Both the position numbers and the translations under genes were made by a program. From the NCBI GenBank assembly GCA_025594325.1, contig JANHCV010000014.1, positions 124,001 through 188,000 of the forward strand: a stretch of 64,000 nt of DNA, read 5' to 3'. Under the pieces are notes generated by a model that saw only the letters and a list, made by a program, of their open reading frames with translations, was not told the origin of the DNA and did no database searches. Shown here one piece after another: positions 58,260 to 64,000 of this stretch. Each line of letters begins with the position of its first letter. Position 1 is the first letter of the stretch. Origin of the DNA: Blastocladiella emersonii ATCC 22665. Taxonomy: Eukaryota; Fungi; Blastocladiomycota.

Positions 58260-61200
58260 GTGCATCCGCATGGACGAGCACTTCATCCTGGTCCCCGGCG
58301 GCCTCAGCGACAACAACTAGTACTACGCCGACATCGACCTGATCGTCGAGCTCGCCAAGTCGGCCGGCGTCGACGCCGTGCGGGCCGGCTGGGGCCACGC
58401 CTCCGAGAACCCGCACCTGCCCGACCGCCTCGTCGAGAGGGGCATCGTCTTCATCGGCCCGCCTGACAACGCCATGCGCACCCTTGGCAGCAAGATCTCC
58501 TCCACCATCGTCGCCCAGTCCGCCAACGTCCCCACCATGGGCTGGTCCGGCGACGGCCTCGTCACCAACGCCCGCAACGCCGACGGCATGATCATCGTCC
58601 CCGAGGACCTCTACCTCAAGGCCTGCGTCACCAACGTCGAGCAGGCCATTAAGGTCGCTGGACCGCGTGGGCTATCCGCCTGTGGTATGTTGATTCTGTC
58701 GCTTAGACGTGTTATCGACCAGCTCGCTCACCCGCGCACCCCCGAACCGAGCAGATCAAGGAGTCCAAGGGCGGCAGCGGCGAGGGCATCCGCAAGGTCA
58801 CGGACCCGTCGCAGTTCCGCGCCGCGTTTGTGCAGGTCGCCGCCGAGGTGCAGGGCTCGCCCGTCTTCCGCATGCGCCTGGCGTCCAACGCGCGCCACCT
58901 CGAGGTCCAGATCCTCGCCGACGCGTACAGCAACACCATCTCGCTGTTCGGCCGCGACTGCTCGGTCCAGCGCTGCCACCAGAAGATCATCGAGGAGGCC
59001 CCCGTCACCATCGCCAACCCGGCCATCTTCAAGGACATGAAGGTGTCGGCCGTCCGCCTCGCCAAGCTCGTCGGCGACGTCAACGCCGGCATCGTCGAGT
59101 TTCTCTACGACGTGGCCAGCAACAAGTACTACTTCCTCGAGTTCAACCCGCACCTGCAGGTCAAGCACCCGATCACCGAGATGGTCTCGGGCATCAACCT
59201 CCCTGCGACGCAGCTGCAGGTCGCCATGGGCATCCCGCTGCACCGCATCCCGCACGTGCGTATGCTGTACAGGCTGCCGCCGCGTACCACGTCCGAGATC
59301 GACTTCCATTTCGACCACCCGCAGTCGCTGACGATCCAGCGCAAGCCGGCGCCGACGGACCGCGTCATCGCGTGCCGCATCACGGCCGAGAACCCGGACG
59401 CCGGGTTCAAGCCGTTCGGCGGGCGGGCACCCCGTCGAGCTCAACTTCCGGTCGTTGACGGACGTGTGGGGCTACTTCTCCGTCTTGGCCAACGGCGGGC
59501 TGCACGAGTGTGCCGACTCGCAGTTTGGCCACGTGTGCGCGTATGGCTATGACCGCCACTCGTCGCGCCGCAACATGATCACGGCGCTCAAGGAGCTGCG
59601 CATCCGCGGCGACTTCCCCACGACCGCCGAAATCCTCATCATGCTGCTCGAGACGGACGAGTTCGCCAACAACCACTTCTCGACCGAGTGGCTCGACGCC
59701 CGCATCCAGCAGAAACTCACGGCCGAGCGGCCCGATCGCTGGGTCTCGGTCGTCACGGGCACCGCCACCATGGCCTTCCTCGCCGCTGAGGACCAGAAGG
59801 CTCAGTTCCTCAAGTCGCTCGAGAAGGGCCAGGTGCCCACGCTCGCCGGCATCAAGAACCAGTTCTCGACCTCCTTCATCCTCGACGGCGTGCGCTACAA
59901 CATTGCCGTGACCCTCGCCGCCCGCGACCTGCTCGTCCTGCGTCTCAACGACCAACAAGGCCCACCAGCGGCACCTCGACCTGCAGCAGGCGCTCAACCA
60001 GGCCGTTGACGGGTTCGAGCAGGTGCAGGCCTTCGCGTCGCTCCTGACCGCGTACCTCGACGTAATCCACCGCCCCGAGCTGCCGGACCACCACGCGGCG
60101 CAGGTCTTTGGCGGTGACCACGACCGGTTGCCCCACAACCTCAAGGGCAAGCTGCTCGACCTCGTATCGCCCGCGTCGTCGACCAACGCCACGCCGTTCC
60201 TGGCCGCCGGGCCGCTCACGCTCCTCGCCACGGTCCCCGACCAGGCGGCCATTGCGCCAATCCTCGAGGTCGTCCACAAGTACGAGGCGGGCGCTGACGC
60301 GCACGCCGTCGCCGAGCTCAACCGCCTGATCCGCCGGTTCCACGCGTCCGAGTCGCCGTTCATGTCGGGCGGCGACGCCGTGCACACCGAGAAGACGGTG
60401 CTCGAGCTCCGCACCCGCATGGAGCCCGAGACGCTCTACTGGACGTGCTTTTCGCGGTCGCGCGCCGCGTGGAAGGGTGAGGCGATCGGCGCGGTCCTCG
60501 ACCTCGTCGCCGCCCAGCGCTCGGTCCTCGCTTGCTCCGCCAACGTCCAGAAGCTGTGCACGGCGCTCTACCAGCTCGCCGAGCTCGGCGGCGCCGCTGC
60601 CGTCTCGTCGTCAGTCGCCAAGGCCAAGGGCGCCCAGTCGGTCCAGCTCCGCGTCCGCGCGCTGCTGATCGCGATGCAGCTGCCCGGGTTCGACGAGCGG
60701 TACCGCCAGTTCTGTGACGTGATGCGCGCCGTCGCGTCGCTGCCCGAGGCGTCGCCCACCGTGCACGAGGAGGCCATGAACCTGATCAACTTGCCCCTCT
60801 CGATTTTTGACGTCCTGCCCTCGCTCTTATACGAGCACGACGTGCCCGCCGTCGACCGCCTCATTGCCCTCGACATGTACGTGCGCCGCGGCTTCAACAC
60901 CCACCGCGCCCACGCCGCCAAGCAACTCGACGCGGTCCCCGGCCCGCTCGTCGAGTGGCACTTCCAGTTCCCTGCCGACGACCTCGGGATCGGCAACGCA
61001 TCGACCGCCGCCGCCGGCGGGTCCGCGTACAACAACATGCGCACGGCCATGATCGAGTGCGGCGACCTCGGCCACGTCCGTGTCGGCATCATGGCCGCCG
61101 TCCGCGACGCCGCCAAGCTCCAGCAGCACCTGCCCGCGAGCCTCGTGCTGTTCCGGCAGGTCAAGGCCAAGAAGCTCGGCCGCACCGAGCCGTGGCACGT

Positions 61201-62240
61201 GCTCAACGTCGCGGTCGAGGTGCTCGCGACCAACGCCGAGGACGACGAGGCCAACGGCGCCGACGCCGACACAGCCCTGTCGTCGCTGTTTGGGTCGCTG
61301 CTCGTTTCGTTGACGGCGGCGCGCTGGTCGCGCGACGAGACGGGCGCGCGGGTCGGCGGGTTTTTTTTTGACCTCGGATCGTGCATGGAGACCATGGACG
61401 GGTGGAGCGAATTGGTGGTGGTTGGCCGCGGCCGTCTCGGCGGTGTTCCCGCGGCGCGATCGCCGTCAAGACGCGCCGTTGAGGCCGTGATCCCCGCCGA
61501 CCCCGGCGAACCCGGAATCGGCCGAGCAGATGGTCGGCGACCCGCCCGGCGTGTGGACGCCCGCGTCCTCGTACAGGACGGCGCAGGTGATCCGCGACTT
61601 CGGCCACGAGGGGCTCCCGCTGCTCATCTTCGCCAACTGGCGCGGGTTCTTGGGCGGCCAGCGCGACATGTTCGACGCCATCCTCAAGTTTGGCAGCTAC
61701 ATTGTCGACGCGCTGCGCACCTATCTGCGACCCGTGTTCGTCTACATTGCCCCGCACGGCGAGCTCCGCGGCGGCGCCCGGGTCGTTCTTGGTCCGTCGA
61801 TCCACCAGAGCGGCGGCATGAAGATGTACGCCGACGCGAGCGCCCGCGGCGGCGTCCTCGAGCCCAAGGGCCTGGTCGAGATTACCTTCCGCAAGCTCCA
61901 GCTGCTCGCCACCATCGACTGCCTCGACGACGGCTGCCGCCGCTGGAAGTCCAAGGTCGCGCCCGCGAATGCTGGCGCCGCTGCTGCGGATAGCGGCAGC
62001 AAATTAGCCGGCGACGCTGCGTCCAAGAAGTACGACTCGGGCGACGAGAACCTCGCAGCGACGCGCGCCGCGCTGCAGGCGCAGCACCAGCCGCGTCAGG
62101 AGTCGCTGCTGCCCGCCTACCACCAGGCCCCGCTCAAGTTCGCCGACCCGCACGACGCGCCCTGGCGCATGAAGGCCAAGGGCGCGGTGCGCGCCGTGCT
62201 CAAGTGGACCCGCGCCCGCGCCTTCTTCCACTGGCGCATC
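58260..62240 (+). pseudogene. ACC1: Acetyl-CoA carboxylase pseudogene, right-arm copy
   Basis: TAG at 58318-58320, retained intron 58685-58754, and frameshifts near 58655, 59425, 61455 and 61510. The biotinyl domain is absent at about 59950, the CT N-lobe is absent at about 61355, and both ends are truncated. Confidence 0.92.
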
Positions 62241-63222
62241 CCGCCAAGGACCGCCTGCGCGACCGCATCCTCGCTCCTCGCACTTCTTTTGCTACAGCGG
62301 CGGGCGGATTCTCGCTTCGCCCGCCGTGTTCACGACCGCGGCCGCCCGCTCGATTATCGCCCTGCGCCCGTGCCGCGTGCAGCCCGCCCCGGACTCACCC
62401 CCGTCGCTGACCGAGTACCTCGGCCGCTCGCGCGCAAGCACACGGACGGCTAGCGCGTGTGGTTTCCGCCGCATCATCCATTGGGCCCACACGCCCGCAC
62501 TTGGCGATGGCCGCGGCCATCCTGCGCGGCCACAGCCACCGTTGGCGGCCATGAAGACCCGCAGGCGCGCACTCTCTCCTCTGCCACCTCGCCGCAACCC
62601 ACTTCATCGCGCCAAGATTGCTTGCACGGCCGCGGGCCAGAATACACTCACCCATTACACTGCATCCGCTCGTGAGACCGTAGCACCAGCGCGCGCGAGC
62701 GAGCGACTGACATGGCCTGCGACCTTCACACACTCGCTCGCGCACTGCTCACGCCCCCATCGTGCCGCGATCCGCGTCAAATCTGGCCCCAGCGCTGTGT
62801 GCGCGCGCCGTCAGGGCGCAATCCGGGCCCAGTCGAGCCCTGACCACTCGCCGCCACGCCCTGATCTGGCCCTGAGCGCAGGATCTGGGGCGAATCCCGC
62901 CCATTCCGCAGGATGCACGAACCCCAACGCGGGCGACGACAATCTGTGCGCGAGGCAACGGTGCGCCACGTCATGTCGCGGGTGTGAAGACTCGACGTGC
63001 TCAGAGTCACAACGCAGCTAGCACCGCAGCCGCAGCACGACGCGGCGTCGACCCCCTGCGGCTAACACCTGCGCAAGACGCGTCTGGTGCGACGGTTCGC
63101 CGCGCTGCCATGGGAATGGGAGGGCAGGCATCCCCTCCGCTCGCCCTAGCCGTGGTCGAGTCGCGTCTCATCGTCGAGCCGCGAGCTGGATGTGGTTCCG
63201 AGGAGCATCACTGTATTTCGGC

Positions 63223-63915
63223 TCATGGTTTCGTACTCACCTGCTGCTCCGCCCCACGCTCGGCCTGCGACGCCGCTGCCGACACGCCCTGCAGCGCCGA
63301 GCTGAGGATCGCCTTCTTGGCTACCCGCACATGGATCGCCGACGACTGCCGCACGTCCATCTCGGGCTCCAGGTCCTCGTTCTCGTAGTCGAGCTCGTCC
63401 GCCAGCCGCACCGTGTCCGTCGTCACCTCGAGCGTGGCCGCGCCCAGGTACTGCTCCTGCAGCATCGTCGCGACGAGCGCCGCCCGCTCAATCGCCTTGC
63501 CGAGGCCGTGGATCACCACAAAGTTTTCTCTAAACACGTCGTGGTGGTGTGGGTGTGCCGTTGATGGGCGTTGAGTATAGCAGCGTACCCTTGCGTGTCG
63601 AGCATCTTGCGCGCGCGGGCGAGGTACGCGCGGACCGGCGTCGTCTTGTCCGTCGTCACGTAAATGTCAATCGGCGACGGCGACGCGCGCACCGGGTTCT
63701 TCTTGACGCGTTTGTCTACACAGTTCGGAGTTGTCGGTGGGGGGGGGGCTTTCGAGGGGGTAATGGGTGTCCTGAGACGCACGCTTCTCGTTGGCGTGCT
63801 CTGGCCGCGCTCGCTTCGGTGGCCGTTCCCGCTTCGACTGTTTGGCGGACTCTGTCTTCGGTTCGGCTGCATCCGCCGAGCGAGTTGCACGTGGTGGCAT
63901 CGTTGTCTGCTTCAT
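63223..63915 (-). CDS. POP7: Rpp20/Pop7, right-arm copy, complement(join(63223..63529,63589..63715,63783..63915))
   Basis: Mirror of 28895-29586. The 1 bp homopolymer difference falls inside intron 1, so the spliced frame is preserved. Confidence 0.85.
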
Positions 63916-64000
63916 GGAGGGTCGAGGGGTAGAGTGGCAGGGTCTTTGAGCGCGACTGACGAGCTGAGCTGGGGCAAACCGGCCGGTCCGGTCACCCGGA

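Larger units (their letters stand above)
51241..64000. repeat. Right arm of the large inverted repeat (runs off the window)
   Basis: Reverse complement of 28810-41568. The differences I found are five transitions in 51246-51310 and a G10 vs C9 run. Confidence 0.98.

Noticed and set aside
1-64000. Transposase, integrase, rRNA, tRNA or prokaryotic operon signals
   Set aside because: None recognised; introns and gene content indicate eukaryotic nuclear DNA. Small RNAs cannot be excluded without a covariance-model search.

Overview
GC-rich eukaryotic genomic DNA with short GT..AG introns (59-92 nt), most likely from an early-diverging zoosporic fungus; Blastocladiomycota-like is my inference from gene style and the 'A..G...V.DWW..SG' ankyrin-like family. 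The left 28.8 kb holds housekeeping genes: a cytochrome b5 reductase-like gene, RFC1, a plant CPL1/2-like CTD phosphatase and an AIG1-like membrane protein. These are mixed with accessory genes: four members of an unnamed F-box-like family (one intact, three frameshifted), a tandem array of four LAPTM-like tetraspan genes, and a 5'-truncated phosphoglucomutase. The right 35 kb is one large inverted repeat. Its two arms of at least 12.76 kb (28810-41568 and 51241-64000) are near-identical and flank a 9.7 kb unique spacer. Each arm carries an intact POP7/RPP20, an intact PHO84 phosphate transporter with a cluster of CACGTTTT-like sites upstream, a wrecked ACC1 pseudogene and further relics. The spacer holds a candidate secreted (Tyr-Ala-His-Ala)n protein straddling the left junction, two F-box/ankyrin-like genes, a nuclease-like relic interrupted by a 436 bp PHO84 patch, and a decayed array of intron-bearing modules. 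I recognised no rRNA, tRNA, CRISPR array or transposase. All calls are by eye, without database searches.
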